Virus record (IMG/VR): IMGVR_UViG_3300022879_000179 | Span: 1-49,757 of that record | Direction: 5' to 3' (one strand) | DNA from: a virus | Lineage: Duplodnaviria; Caudoviricetes | DNA: 49,757 nucleotides | Shown: piece by piece, positions 36,226 to 47,712 of the stretch | How positions within the stretch are numbered: position 1 is the first letter of the stretch | How the letters are laid out: each line of letters opens with the position of its first letter | Made by a program: the position numbers and the translations under genes | The notes under the pieces: generated by a model | The model's input: only the letters and a program-made list of their open reading frames with translations | Database searches by the model: none | Told to the model about the DNA's origin: nothing

Positions 36226-39134
36226 GTAACGACATCGCCACGATTTCCCTGCGCGTAAATACCACTGAGCTGGAGCGTGGTAACCAGGCACTGGAGCGCT
36301 TTCAGGAGACCGCGACCGCCGCTGCAGGTAAAGCGGATGACCTGAACAGTACGTTCCGCACCGGCATCGATAACCAGAAGAAGAACAGCGAAAGCCTGAA
36401 GCAGCAGCGTCAGGAACTGCAGAACCTGCTGAATAAAATTAGTCCGGTAAACAAGGCGCTGGATGAACTGGACACTATCCAGGAGAGCCTGGCGAAATTT
36501 CGCGGTAAAGGGCTGGTGGGAGACGAGGACTTTACTCGTTACAACAGCGTGCTTGAGACGACGCGGGCAAAACTGGCACAGGTAATGGAGTCTGAGACCG
36601 CAGAGGGGCGGGCTCGCATTGAGCAGGTTCAGGCAGCGCAGCGGGCAACTGCAGCGGGCAAAACCTTTATCGATTCGCTGGAGGAGCAGGTCACAGCAAT
36701 CGGAAAAACGCGCGCAGAACTGTTAGAGCTAAAAGCTGCCCAACTCGGCGTATCCGATCGTGCTGCACCAATGATCGCAAAGCTGAAAGAGCAGGAAGAA
36801 GCATGGAAGTCTGGGGCTATCAGCGCGGGACAATATCGCAATGCTATGCGTTATCTCCCGATGCAAATGACCGACATTGTGACTTCACTGGCTTCCGGTA
36901 TGCCGGTTTATATGGTTGCTATTCAGCAGGGCGGTCAGCTACGTGACTCGTTTGGCGGTGTAGGCAATGCTTTGAAAGCGATGTTGTCGATGGTGACTCC
37001 TGCCCGAGTGGCCATTGGTGGCCTGGCTGGCGCTGTACTGATTGCGGCCAAAGCGGGAGCAGACTACTTCACCGCCTACGACGAAATCAACAAGGCCATT
37101 ATCAGAACTGGCAACATTGCCGGCACGTCAGCGCTCCAGATCATGGCTTCCTCCCGGTCTATTGCTGCCTCTACTGGCGCTACTGTAGGAACCGTTCAGA
37201 GTTTGATGACTGAGCTGGTTGGCATGGGATCGCTGACACAGCAGCAACTTGAAAAAGCAGCGGGCTCCACGGCGCTGGCGGTTCAGACCGGTATAGTCTC
37301 GGCGCAGGACATTGCCAAAGCCTATAAGGAGATCGAAAAAGACCCTGTTAAAGCGCTGCAGAGTCTCAACGAACAATATAATTTCCTGACCGTTTCACAA
37401 CTTAAGCATGTTGACGATCTGATAAAGCAAAAGGACCAGACCGCAGCCGTTACGCAGGCTATGGACCTGTTTGGCGATACGATGGCAAAACGTGGAGAAC
37501 AGGCTTACGACTCGCTGACACCGTTTGGTCGCCTGTGGCTGGATATCAAGGGCTGGGCGTCTGAGGCCATGCAGAGTATTGGTCAGTGGGTAGCTGAGCT
37601 GGCATCAAACACCCTGAAGGAATTCAACGCAATTTATTACAGCGTTGCGATCGTTTTCCAGAAGCTGAACCAGATCATTTCTTCCTCTATCGCTGCCGCG
37701 ATTAACCTCGTTCCCGACTGGGCGAAAACAGATACTTTGCAGGGATGGCAGGACTACAACGAACAAATGGCCGGCGCTTATGGCGACAGCGTTTCTCAGC
37801 TGAAAAAAGACTGGGATGCGGCTGATATCAGTGCAGGTAAATACCTCGATACGACCAGAAAGATAAGTACCGCAACCACCCAGAAGGATCGAGAAGGAGT
37901 CGCTTCTTTTGGCAAAAAGACCAAAACCGGAAAGCAGGGCTCTTTATCGGCTGGCGATCGCAGCACGGATGCTGCCCAGACCGAATTACTGGCGCTTCAG
38001 GCACAGTTACGCGCGCTGAAGCAGCATAAAGGGCTGAACGACACTATCAGCCAGCAGCGCAAAGATCTGTGGACGACTGAAGCAAAATTTCAGGTGCTGG
38101 AGGAGGCCTCGCGTTTACGTTCACTGACAAAGCAGGAGAAATCCCTGCTGGCGAGTAAAGACCAGGTGCTTCAGTTGGCACGGCAGAAAGCCCTGTTAGG
38201 TGATCAGATTACCGCACAGGAACAGCTGAACAAGCGAATGGATACCTCGCAGAAATACGTCACTCAGATGACAGAGAAGCAGGCTGCATTAGTGAACGGT
38301 GCCGGGATGAGTGACCGTCAGGCACAACGAGAACTCGCGAAAAGTCAGCTTGCCGCTGGCTGGAAGAATGCTGGAGGTTCGCTTGACGACGAGGGCTATC
38401 AGAAGCAGCTTAAAGCGGCGAATGATTACTATGATGCAGAGGACAGGTTGCGTGGCGACTGGCTCACCGGCGCGAAAAAGGGCTGGGCTGAATTTGAGGA
38501 CAGCGCGACCAATGTTTACTCGCAGGTGCAGACGATTACCAGCAATGCGTTCACCGGGATGGCCAGCACCCTGTCAGATTTCTTCACAACAGGTAAATCT
38601 AACTTCTCAGATTTTCTGACTACCTTCCTGAAGGGCATCGCCCAGATGCTGACGCAACTGGCCCTGGTTAATGGAATGAAGTCAGCCTTTGGTGGAACGG
38701 GTATCGGTGCCTTCTTTGGTTTCTCTGGTGGCGGTCTGGTGCCGGGTTTCGATAGCGGCGGTTACACCGGTGATGGCGGTAAATATCAACCGAAAGGTGT
38801 AGTTCACGGAGGTGAGTTTGTCTTTACGAAGGAAGCGACCAGTGCGCTGGGTGTGGGTAATCTTTATGCGCTTATGCGGGGCGCTCAAGGTTATGCAAAC
38901 GGCGGCTACGTCGGAAACGCTCCGATGTACGGATTACAGGCTGCTGGTTCAGGGAATGTGACGGTGCAAACGTCTGTTGTTGTGCAGAACCAGAGCCCGC
39001 AACAGCAAACAAACGCTGGTAGCGATACGATGTCCCGAGCCTATAAGCAAACTATTGATCAGTCAGTGCGCGAAGGTATTGCGAAGCAATTAAGGCCCGG
39101 AGGGCTCATCTGGAATGCATCCAAATCACGATAA
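36222..39134 (+). CDS. Tape measure protein
   Basis: 970 aa Ala/Gln-rich; [37 protein letters not shown]. Confidence 0.92.
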   Translation: MSNDIATISLRVNTTELERGNQALERFQETATAAAGKADDLNSTFRTGIDNQKKNSESLKQQRQELQNLLNKISPVNKALDELDTIQESLAKFRGKGLVGDEDFTRYNSVLETTRAKLAQVMESETAEGRARIEQVQAAQRATAAGKTFIDSLEEQVTAIGKTRAELLELKAAQLGVSDRAAPMIAKLKEQEEAWKSGAISAGQYRNAMRYLPMQMTDIVTSLASGMPVYMVAIQQGGQLRDSFGGVGNALKAMLSMVTPARVAIGGLAGAVLIAAKAGADYFTAYDEINKAIIRTGNIAGTSALQIMASSRSIAASTGATVGTVQSLMTELVGMGSLTQQQLEKAAGSTALAVQTGIVSAQDIAKAYKEIEKDPVKALQSLNEQYNFLTVSQLKHVDDLIKQKDQTAAVTQAMDLFGDTMAKRGEQAYDSLTPFGRLWLDIKGWASEAMQSIGQWVAELASNTLKEFNAIYYSVAIVFQKLNQIISSSIAAAINLVPDWAKTDTLQGWQDYNEQMAGAYGDSVSQLKKDWDAADISAGKYLDTTRKISTATTQKDREGVASFGKKTKTGKQGSLSAGDRSTDAAQTELLALQAQLRALKQHKGLNDTISQQRKDLWTTEAKFQVLEEASRLRSLTKQEKSLLASKDQVLQLARQKALLGDQITAQEQLNKRMDTSQKYVTQMTEKQAALVNGAGMSDRQAQRELAKSQLAAGWKNAGGSLDDEGYQKQLKAANDYYDAEDRLRGDWLTGAKKGWAEFEDSATNVYSQVQTITSNAFTGMASTLSDFFTTGKSNFSDFLTTFLKGIAQMLTQLALVNGMKSAFGGTGIGAFFGFSGGGLVPGFDSGGYTGDGGKYQPKGVVHGGEFVFTKEATSALGVGNLYALMRGAQGYANGGYVGNAPMYGLQAAGSGNVTVQTSVVVQNQSPQQQTNAGSDTMSRAYKQTIDQSVREGIAKQLRPGGLIWNASKSR

Positions 39135-39170
39135 CCCGCTTCGGCGGGTTTTTTTATGCCCGGAGAAAGT

Positions 39171-39518
39171 ATGGCAATCGAAACATTCACCTGGCGAACA
39201 CAGATACAGGCGGGAATGGAAGGAACGTTTACCCATAAAACCCGCTCTGCAACCTTTGGCGACGGCTATGAGCAAATCGCCGGGGAAGGCATTAACCCTG
39301 AAAAGCAGTCATGGCCTGTCACACTGACGGGTAAAAAAGCGGACATGCTTCAGGCCCTGAAGTTCTTTCGTTCTCACGTCACCAAATCATTCATCTGGAT
39401 ATCGCCAGTTGGCGAAACTGGGCTCTACCGGATTGAGGCTGAATCAATCAAGTCACAGCCCTTATCCAGCAACGTTCTGACTATTTCCGCAACATTCAAA
39501 CAGGCGTACGCTCCATGA
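39171..39518 (+). CDS. Minor tail protein M
   Basis: FGDGYEQ...GIN motif. Confidence 0.85.
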   Translation: MAIETFTWRTQIQAGMEGTFTHKTRSATFGDGYEQIAGEGINPEKQSWPVTLTGKKADMLQALKFFRSHVTKSFIWISPVGETGLYRIEAESIKSQPLSSNVLTISATFKQAYAP

Positions 39519-40270
39519 TCACAGAAGACTATCAAAGCCTTGAGCCCGGCAACAAAGTCCGGTTGATCGAAGTTGATGGCTCTACGTTCGGCGTGGATGA
39601 CGTACTGCGATTTCACGCGTACAACCTCCCGCACACGGAAGAAGAAATCGCCGCCGCTGGTGGTGATGAATCAAAGCTGGAGGCGAAAAGCATCTGGTGG
39701 CAGGGGGAAGAATATGCCGCCTGGCCGTATCAAATTGAAGGGCTTGAAGCGTCCACAGAAGGCAACAGCGCCCAGCCAACGCTGACGGTTGCAGATATCG
39801 AAAGCAAGATTACAGCGCTGTGCCTTGCCTATGACGATATGCTACAGGCGAAAGTCACTATCCATGACACCTATTCGCACTATCTCGATGCGAAGAACTT
39901 CCCTGCAGGTAACGCAACAGCTGATCCGCAACAGGTCAGAAAACGAGTTTTTTACATTGATAGCAAAGCCAGCGAAATTCCGGGCGAGAGTATCGAATTC
40001 GTACTCGATAGCCCTATGTCGTTACAGGGAAAGATGATCCCTACACGTCAACTTCATTCTCTGTGTACCTGGTGTATCCGGAATAAATATCGCACCGGCG
40101 ACGGCTGTGACTATGCCGGAACCCGCTATTTCGATAAAAACAACAACCCGGTGAGCGACCCTTCTCTGGACGAATGCAACGGCACGCTTACGGCCTGTAA
40201 GCTCCGGCATGGAGACGGTAACGAACTGCCGTTCGGTGGGTTCCCCGGCACGTCTTTGATCAGGAGCTGA
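39515..40270 (+). CDS. Minor tail protein L
   Basis: IWWQGEEY, CTW..YR...CDY, C...LTACKLR, FGGFPG. Confidence 0.9.
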   Translation: MITEDYQSLEPGNKVRLIEVDGSTFGVDDVLRFHAYNLPHTEEEIAAAGGDESKLEAKSIWWQGEEYAAWPYQIEGLEASTEGNSAQPTLTVADIESKITALCLAYDDMLQAKVTIHDTYSHYLDAKNFPAGNATADPQQVRKRVFYIDSKASEIPGESIEFVLDSPMSLQGKMIPTRQLHSLCTWCIRNKYRTGDGCDYAGTRYFDKNNNPVSDPSLDECNGTLTACKLRHGDGNELPFGGFPGTSLIRS

Positions 40271-40271
40271 T

Positions 40272-40982
40272 ATGCGTCAGAAAACCATTGATGCCATTAT
40301 GTCGCATGCTGCTGCTGAATACCCTCGCGAGTGTTGCGGTGTGGTGGCACAGAAAAGCCGAGTTGAACGTTATTTCCCGTGCCGGAATCTTGCCGCGATG
40401 CCGGAGGACAATTTTGTCCTTTGCCCTGAAGACTATGCAGCTGCTGAGGACTGGGGGACGGTGATCGCCATCGCTCACAGTCACCCTGACGCCACGACAC
40501 AACCGAGCGAACTGGATAAAGCGCAATGCGACGCAACGCTTTTACCCTGGCATATTGTGAGCTGGCCGGAGGGGGATTTAAGGACCATCCAGCCGCGCGG
40601 GGAGCTGCCGCTGCTGGAGCGCCCGTTTGTGCTTGGTCACTTCGACTGCTGGGGACTGGTGATGAGCTATTACCGGCAAACGCACGGGATAGAACTTCAC
40701 GATTACCGGGTCGATTATCCCTGGTGGGAAAACGACTATCCGGACAACTTCTATCAGGATTGCTGGTATGAGTGCGGATTCCGTGAATTCGACGGGCCGC
40801 CAAAACCAGGCGATATGGTGATCATGCAGGTTCAGGCTAATAAATGGAATCATGCTGGGATTCTGCTTGAAGGCAACATGCTACTGCATCACCTTTATGG
40901 ACACCTTAGCCAGCGTGTGCCTTATGGCGGTTACTGGCGTGAGCGAACGGTGATTGTTTTACGATACAAATCATTTATATGA
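40272..40982 (+). CDS. Tail tip protein K (JAB + NlpC/P60)
   Basis: YPRECCG, HSHPD, DCWGL, NHAGI. Confidence 0.9.
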   Translation: MRQKTIDAIMSHAAAEYPRECCGVVAQKSRVERYFPCRNLAAMPEDNFVLCPEDYAAAEDWGTVIAIAHSHPDATTQPSELDKAQCDATLLPWHIVSWPEGDLRTIQPRGELPLLERPFVLGHFDCWGLVMSYYRQTHGIELHDYRVDYPWWENDYPDNFYQDCWYECGFREFDGPPKPGDMVIMQVQANKWNHAGILLEGNMLLHHLYGHLSQRVPYGGYWRERTVIVLRYKSFI

Positions 40983-40999
40983 CATTCTTACGAGGTATT

Positions 41000-41659
41000 T
41001 TACTCTACACCATCAATCAGCTTGTTTAATTCTAAATCATTTTTTGAAAGATTAGGTATATTCTTCACTTTAGACTTAAGAGAGAAATACTCTTGGGGTT
41101 GTACAGGTATTTCATCAATAAAATATTTTTCATGGCTTTCTTCTGAGGCATCAATATAAGATATTTTGACAATGGTTTTGGTTTGGTAATTGATTATTTT
41201 TTGAGGGCTGAATTTCATATTAAAATCTATCATCTCGCTCTCGACGCGAGACAATAGCCATAAATTTTCGTTTCCAATGAACATTGATAGCTGCCCTTTA
41301 CCGCCGCTAGAACTGGATTGTCCATTGAAGTAATTTACAGGGAAATACTTCTCTGTTGTATTGGGTTTTATTCTGTAGTCAGTAATTTTTAATATCAATA
41401 TTGTATCCAAGTCCGCTTTAAATGCTAGTATCGGATATCCTTCGTTTTCTATTGAGAGATATTCGGTCATGTATTTATCTCCTGAAGGGTTTTTCGTATA
41501 TTCTTTTTTGAAGGTGAATATTGGTGAGTACTGTATTTTTGCGGCGCGAACCTGTTCTTTGCCTATGCCATAGGCAAAGTAGGTGGCAACTCCAGAGAGT
41601 ATAACGCTCACAAAGCTAAGAAGGATGGCAGCTTTTTCAAAAGTATTGTTTGTAGACAT
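41000..41659 (-). CDS. Membrane-anchored moron protein between K and I
   Basis: 219 aa, single N-terminal TM, AT-rich, antisense to tail genes. Confidence 0.7.
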   Translation of the reverse strand: MSTNNTFEKAAILLSFVSVILSGVATYFAYGIGKEQVRAAKIQYSPIFTFKKEYTKNPSGDKYMTEYLSIENEGYPILAFKADLDTILILKITDYRIKPNTTEKYFPVNYFNGQSSSSGGKGQLSMFIGNENLWLLSRVESEMIDFNMKFSPQKIINYQTKTIVKISYIDASEESHEKYFIDEIPVQPQEYFSLKSKVKNIPNLSKNDLELNKLIDGVE

Positions 41660-41772
41660 TTTAATCAATGCAAATCTAAGAGTTAAGGATGGCGATAGTT
41701 TATAACAATGATTTGTGATTTGTAAGAACGTAGTAAGCAATAGTCATTTTTGAAGTTATGCATAGATATTGA

Positions 41773-42408
41773 ATGGAGGCAGTTATGCAGATTAGATCTG
41801 AGCCTGTCAGACTAATAAAACTATACGGAGTTCTCGGAGCTACCTTTGGCCGCGAATTCAAACTTTCCGTTTCTTCACCAAAAGAGGCCATCCGCGCCCT
41901 GAGCATTATCGTGCCGGGTTTTGAGCGTTTCCTGAATACCAGTAAGCAACGAGGTTTAACTTATGCGGTATTCAGCGGGAAACGGAACCTTTTAAACGAT
42001 GAACTCAGTATGGACAGGAGCACAGAGGAAATCCGCATCGCGCCGGTGATCATCGGCAGTAAGCGAGCCGGGGTGTTTCAGACAATCCTCGGGGTTGCCC
42101 TTGTCGCTGTTGCCGCGTTCGTCACGGGAGGGGCCGCGATAGGGATTGGAGGTACCGCTTTCGCTGGTGGCTGGGGCGCTGTGGCGGGGATTGGAGCATC
42201 AATGGCAATCGGCGGCGTAGTCCAGATGCTTTCTCCACAGACAACCGGGCTCGCCAGTAAGCAATCTGCGGATAACCAAGCCAGCTACGCCTTTGGTGGA
42301 GTAACAAACACGACAGCCCAGGGGAATCCGGTACCGCTTCTTTACGGTAAGCGCCGCATCGGTGGTGCGATCATTTCTGCTGGCATTTATGTTGAGGATC
42401 AACAGTAG
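41773..42408 (+). CDS. Tail assembly protein I
   Basis: LYGVLGATFGR, IRIAPVIIGSKR, QGNPVPLLYG. Confidence 0.9.
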   Translation: MEAVMQIRSEPVRLIKLYGVLGATFGREFKLSVSSPKEAIRALSIIVPGFERFLNTSKQRGLTYAVFSGKRNLLNDELSMDRSTEEIRIAPVIIGSKRAGVFQTILGVALVAVAAFVTGGAAIGIGGTAFAGGWGAVAGIGASMAIGGVVQMLSPQTTGLASKQSADNQASYAFGGVTNTTAQGNPVPLLYGKRRIGGAIISAGIYVEDQQ

Positions 42409-42468
42409 CCATAGTACCAAGCTAAGTGTATCTTCTTGAAAGAACGCATTATATGACTGGAAACGCTT

Positions 42469-43035
42469 ATGGATGGTTATGCAATAGACTTTCAAGATTT
42501 GCTTGGAATAAGAAAATTAAACGAGCCTGGTTTGGACAGAAGGGCGTTCACAAACTGGGCTGAAAACCAGATTTCTGCCGGCATTGAGTCTTCAAATCTT
42601 TTGATTTTGGCATCTTTGGGATTAGATAAGGAAATATCAAAAGATGAGGTGTTTCGCTATTTTGATGGCTACGTTGATGAAATTGGAGAAGTGATGCCAA
42701 CTGAACGAGTAGCGTTAATATTGTTACTACGACTAACATTCAAAAAGCTCGCCTATTCTGAACTTGAGGATGATGTCTGGAGTGAATTAACTAGAACTTT
42801 TGTTCAGTGGTATGACTTGCCAAATGGCCTTTTAAATAGAGTAATGACGTACTGGAGCGCATTGCATGATGATTTTATCAATAATTATGAATATGAGGTT
42901 GGATATTATTACCTGAACTATCAGCGACACGGTGACATTCCTCGCTCGAAACAATTAGAGTACGTTCGTAATTGTGCAATTCGCTTTCTCCGTATTTTCG
43001 ATGAACACTACTATTTCGGTTTGCTAATCAAATAA
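42469..43035 (+). CDS. Hypothetical moron protein between I and J
   Basis: 188 aa, AT-rich, followed by terminator at 43063-43087. Confidence 0.65.
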   Translation: MDGYAIDFQDLLGIRKLNEPGLDRRAFTNWAENQISAGIESSNLLILASLGLDKEISKDEVFRYFDGYVDEIGEVMPTERVALILLLRLTFKKLAYSELEDDVWSELTRTFVQWYDLPNGLLNRVMTYWSALHDDFINNYEYEVGYYYLNYQRHGDIPRSKQLEYVRNCAIRFLRIFDEHYYFGLLIK

Positions 43036-43097
43036 TATTTAATTCAACATCGCTCTGATCATGGCCACCTCCGGGTGGCTTTTTTTATGGAAAAAAT

Positions 43098-46000
43098 ATG
43101 GAAACTGCAATCGCTATAAAAGGCCGCAAGGGCGGCAGTTCCAGTTCCCGAACCCCTACCGAACAGCCTGACGATCTGCAATCTGTAGCAAAGGCAAAAA
43201 TCCTCGTTGCACTAGGGGAAGGTGAATTTGCAGGGCAGCTGACGGCGAAAGATATCTACCTCGACGGAACGGCTCTGGAGAATGCTGACGGTTCCCAGAA
43301 CTTCGGTGGTGTAACGTGGGAGTTTCGGCCAGGCACTCAGGCACAAAAATACATTCAAGGGATCCCGGGTACCGAAAACGAAATTAGCGTGGGAACTGAG
43401 ATATCGAGCGCTACAGCGTGGACGCGCACGTTTACCAATACGCAGCTTTCAGCGGTTCGCCTGCGCCTGAAATGGCCTTCGCTTTTCAAGCAGGAGGACG
43501 ACGGCGATCTGGTCGGTTACTCGGTTAATTATGCGATTGACCTGCAGACAGACGGCGGCACATGGCAGACGGTACTCAATACCAGCGTGACCGGCAAAAC
43601 GACTTCAGGTTACGAGCGCAGCCACCGTATCGATTTACCTCAGGCTGGCAGCACCTGGACAATCCGACTGCGTAAGATTACCTCTGATGCAAACAGCGCG
43701 AAGATCGGCGACACGATGACGCTGCAGAGCTTCACGGAGGTGATTGACGCCAAGTTACGCTATCCAAACACTGCGCTGCTCTACATCGAATTCGATTCCA
43801 GCCAGTTTAACGGCTCTATCCCGCAGATCTCCTGCGAGCCCCGCGGCCGCGTTATCCGCGTTCCGGATACTTACGACCCCGAGACCCGCACGTATAGCGG
43901 TACGTGGGCTGGGACATTTAAATGGGCCTGGACCGATAACCCTGCATGGATTTTCTACGACCTGGTGGTTAGCGACCGTTTCGGACTTGGGGATCGTCTT
44001 ACAACGGCCAACATAGATAAATGGACGCTCTACCAGGTTGCGCAGTATTGCGATCAAATGGTACCGGATGGCAAAGGCGGAAGTGGTACCGAACCACGTT
44101 ATACCTGCAATGTGTATATTCAGGAACGCAACGACGCTTATACGGTCCTGCGTGATTTTGCTGCAATCTTCCGTGGGATGACCTACTGGGGCGACGACCA
44201 GATTGTGGCGCTGGCGGACATGCCGAGAGATGTTGATTTTACATACACGCATGCGAACGTTATTGAAGGGCGTTTTACCTATTCCAGCAGCACCACAAAG
44301 AACCGCTACACCAATGCGCTGGTGTCCTGGTCTGATCCTGATAATGCTTATTCTGATGCGATGGAGCCTGTTTTTGAGCAGGCGCTGGTTGCGCGTTATG
44401 GGTTTAATCAACTTGAGATAACTGCGATCGGCTGTACCCGTCAGTCAGAAGCGAATCGGAAAGGGCGATGGGGGATCCTCACCAACAACAAAGATCGCGT
44501 TGTTACTTTCAATGTAGGGGAAGATGGCAACATTCCGCAGCCTGGCTATGTAATTGCAGTCGCGGACCTAAATCTCTCGGGGCGCGACCTGGGTGGCCGT
44601 ATATCTGCGGTGAATGGTCGCGTGCTGACGCTGGACAGGGCGCCGGATGCTTCGGCAGCCGACAGGATGATTGTCAATCTTCCATCGGGTGTTTCACAGT
44701 CACGCACTATTCAGTCGATTACGGGCAATAAAGTGACCGTTACGACCGCTTACAGCGAAACGCCTGTGGCTGAGGCCGTATGGGTCATTGAGTCTGATGA
44801 GCTCTACGCGCAGCAGTATCGCGTTATTACGGTAACTGATAATAATGACGGCACGTTCACAATTGTCGGTGCAAATCACGATCCGGATAAATTCGATCGC
44901 ATCGATACCGGAGCCATCATTGACCAGCGGCCGGTGAGCGTGATCCCGCCGGGCAACCAGTTGCCACCTGCGAACATCGTGATCAGCTCGTTTTCTGTGG
45001 TGCAGCAAAATATCAGCGTCGAAACAATGCGCGTGAGCTGGGACCAGGCGCAGAACGCTATCGCCTATGAAGCGCAATGGCGCCGCAACGACGGGAACTG
45101 GGTTAACGTGCCGCGCACCTCCACCACATCATTCGACGTCCCGGGGATTTATGCCGGGCGCTATCTGGTGCGCGTGCGAGCAATCAATGCCGCAGAAATT
45201 TCATCCGGATGGGGCTATTCAGAAGAGAAAATGCTGACGGGTAAAGTGGGCAATCCACCGAAGCCGGTTGGCTTCATCGCTTCTGAAAACGTGGTATTCG
45301 GTATCGAGCTGAACTGGGGATTCCCGGCGAATACCGACGACACGCTGAAGACGGAAATTCAGTACAGCCTGACCGGTACCGAGGACGATGCGATGCTGCT
45401 GGCCGATGTGCCTTACCCGCAGCGCAAATATCAGCAGATGGGCCTTAAGGCTGGGCAGATTTTCTGGTACCGCGCGCAGCTGGTGGACCGCAGCGGCAAC
45501 GAATCAGGTTACACAGAATGGGTGCGCGGTCAGGCCAGTATCGATGTGTCCGACATCACAGATGTGATCCTGGAGGAAATTAAAGACTCCGATACGTTCA
45601 AAGACCTGATCGAGAATGCAGTGGACAGCAATGAAAAAATTGCTGGCATGGCTAACGATATCAAACAGGCCAACGACGAACTGGAGCAGCAGGCGAAGGA
45701 TATCGCCAAAAATGCCCAGGACGTCGGGAAGGTTCAGACCAGCGTTAATGAGCTTTCCAGCACGGTCGGGAATGTTTCGTCTTCACTCAGTCAGCTTGAG
45801 CAGACCGTTGCGACGGCTGATACCGCCCTGGGCCAGCGAATCGACAACATCAGCGTTTCTATGGACGGCATGACGGGCGGGGTGAAGAACTCTGCAATTG
45901 CGATAATCCAGGCCAACCTCGCTCAGGTGGCCACGCGTAAAACCCTTTCTGCATCGGTCGCAGGCAACAATGCGAATCTGGACCGCATTGATGAAGTGAT

Positions 46001-46685
46001 TGTCAATGACAGGGAGGCAACGGCGCGCTCGCTGCTGAGCCTGCAGACGGACGTTAACGGTAACAAGGCATCCATCAACAGCCTGAACCAGACGTTCTCC
46101 GATTACCAGCAGGCTATGGCCACGCAGGTAAACAGCATCACGGCGACGGTGAACGGGCATACCTCAGCCATCACAACTAACGCTCAGGCCATAGCGAACG
46201 TAAACGGCGACCTCAGCGCGATGTACAACATCAAGGTTGGTGTCTCCAGCAACGGCCAGTATTACGCGGCGGGGATGGGGATCGGCGTGGAGAATACGCC
46301 ATCCGGGATGCAGTCACAGGTTATCTTCCTGGCTGACCGCTTCGCGGTAACGCACCAGGCCGGAGCGACCGTTACGCTTCCGTTCGTTATTCAGAACGGG
46401 CAGACCTTTATCCGAAATACTGTGATTGGTGAAGGGACTATCGACAACACCAAAATCGGCAGCTACATCCAGTCGACAACCTGGGACGGCACCGGGAACG
46501 TTGGCTGGCACATCAATAAGTCAGGCTACGCGACGTTCAACAACGTGACCGTTCGCGGCTCGATTTACGCCACAAACGGTAATTTTTCTTTCAATGGCTC
46601 CGGCAACACAACGGTTATCAATGGTAATGGCGTAACCATCAATATACCGGGTGGTGGTCGGATCGTACTCGGGACATGGTCATAA
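43098..46685 (+). CDS. Host specificity / central tail tip protein J
   Basis: IKGRKGG, ALGEGE, WTDNPAWIFYD, FN3-like repeats, coiled coil, ADRFAV. Confidence 0.93.
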   Translation: METAIAIKGRKGGSSSSRTPTEQPDDLQSVAKAKILVALGEGEFAGQLTAKDIYLDGTALENADGSQNFGGVTWEFRPGTQAQKYIQGIPGTENEISVGTEISSATAWTRTFTNTQLSAVRLRLKWPSLFKQEDDGDLVGYSVNYAIDLQTDGGTWQTVLNTSVTGKTTSGYERSHRIDLPQAGSTWTIRLRKITSDANSAKIGDTMTLQSFTEVIDAKLRYPNTALLYIEFDSSQFNGSIPQISCEPRGRVIRVPDTYDPETRTYSGTWAGTFKWAWTDNPAWIFYDLVVSDRFGLGDRLTTANIDKWTLYQVAQYCDQMVPDGKGGSGTEPRYTCNVYIQERNDAYTVLRDFAAIFRGMTYWGDDQIVALADMPRDVDFTYTHANVIEGRFTYSSSTTKNRYTNALVSWSDPDNAYSDAMEPVFEQALVARYGFNQLEITAIGCTRQSEANRKGRWGILTNNKDRVVTFNVGEDGNIPQPGYVIAVADLNLSGRDLGGRISAVNGRVLTLDRAPDASAADRMIVNLPSGVSQSRTIQSITGNKVTVTTAYSETPVAEAVWVIESDELYAQQYRVITVTDNNDGTFTIVGANHDPDKFDRIDTGAIIDQRPVSVIPPGNQLPPANIVISSFSVVQQNISVETMRVSWDQAQNAIAYEAQWRRNDGNWVNVPRTSTTSFDVPGIYAGRYLVRVRAINAAEISSGWGYSEEKMLTGKVGNPPKPVGFIASENVVFGIELNWGFPANTDDTLKTEIQYSLTGTEDDAMLLADVPYPQRKYQQMGLKAGQIFWYRAQLVDRSGNESGYTEWVRGQASIDVSDITDVILEEIKDSDTFKDLIENAVDSNEKIAGMANDIKQANDELEQQAKDIAKNAQDVGKVQTSVNELSSTVGNVSSSLSQLEQTVATADTALGQRIDNISVSMDGMTGGVKNSAIAIIQANLAQVATRKTLSASVAGNNANLDRIDEVIVNDREATARSLLSLQTDVNGNKASINSLNQTFSDYQQAMATQVNSITATVNGHTSAITTNAQAIANVNGDLSAMYNIKVGVSSNGQYYAAGMGIGVENTPSGMQSQVIFLADRFAVTHQAGATVTLPFVIQNGQTFIRNTVIGEGTIDNTKIGSYIQSTTWDGTGNVGWHINKSGYATFNNVTVRGSIYATNGNFSFNGSGNTTVINGNGVTINIPGGGRIVLGTWS

Positions 46686-46686
46686 A

Positions 46687-47652
46687 ATGCCGACAGGATT
46701 ATTGATTGAACTGAATGATGGGGGAAAGCGTATGGAGATAACGGCGGGCCTGAGATGTCCGTCGTATGGAGCCAGTTTTGACAGTGGCTACCAGAAAGCA
46801 AAATACGCGGATATTGCTGGTTATGTTTCCGGGGCCAAGGTGCTGTTCATCCCGCACGCTACGGCTTACCTTGATTCAGGGCTGCTTCATAAGATGAACT
46901 CGGTCACCATATCGGGAGGCCGTGTCACGCAGAACTCAACGATGAAAGACAACCGCATCAGCGAACGGGATAGCACTTACACGTTTCCTGGAAGCCTATG
47001 GCAGATATTCCCGACAGGTCAGCGAAGCGGGGTGGGCTTGCTCATCAGCAACAGTACAGACTTCACCTCGATAACCAATGCCACACAGTCAGGCCAGTGT
47101 ATCTGGAAGGGTACCGTTAATGTTCCGACCGGGGGTTGGGCGGTACCGACGATAGCAGGTTATGACAAGTCGAAATATATCGTTTTTGGACGCTGCAACA
47201 GCGGCAATACGATTGACTTCGACGGAAATACGGTCAGGTTCTTCAGCCCTCCGTCCACGAATGATGACGCCCCCGCAACCGGCACGATAGACATCGTTAT
47301 CTTCGCCAGCGGCGTAGCGCCGCAGCCTGGTACCGGCCTCAATATTTTCAATGCTGCCGGTGCCTGTACGTTTTCAACCACAAAACGGCCATTCGTATAT
47401 CTGAACCAACTCTGGAGCCCTTCGACAAGCGCCGTGAGCATCGGTAGCGGCTATGTTCCGCTGGGGAGATTTGGGCTGATGGTTCATATGGTCAATGGCA
47501 TGTACGTGTATCGGATGTTCGGGATAAAAATACAGAACGGGAACGCTTCAGTTCAGGGCGGGAAATATCTTGGTCGCGAGCAGTATGCCATTTTCGGTAA
47601 TAACACGATAACGCCGCTCAGCCTTCCAGTTCTGCCTGATATGTACGTCTGA
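46687..47652 (+). CDS. Tail-tip accessory protein downstream of J (DUF6453-like)
   Basis: 321 aa beta-rich; GLNIFNAAGACTFST. Confidence 0.6.
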   Translation: MPTGLLIELNDGGKRMEITAGLRCPSYGASFDSGYQKAKYADIAGYVSGAKVLFIPHATAYLDSGLLHKMNSVTISGGRVTQNSTMKDNRISERDSTYTFPGSLWQIFPTGQRSGVGLLISNSTDFTSITNATQSGQCIWKGTVNVPTGGWAVPTIAGYDKSKYIVFGRCNSGNTIDFDGNTVRFFSPPSTNDDAPATGTIDIVIFASGVAPQPGTGLNIFNAAGACTFSTTKRPFVYLNQLWSPSTSAVSIGSGYVPLGRFGLMVHMVNGMYVYRMFGIKIQNGNASVQGGKYLGREQYAIFGNNTITPLSLPVLPDMYV

Positions 47653-47712
47653 ATTAACTGTATATTCAAACAAACCTCGCTCCGGCGGGGTTTTTTATTG
47701 CCTGGAGAAAAT

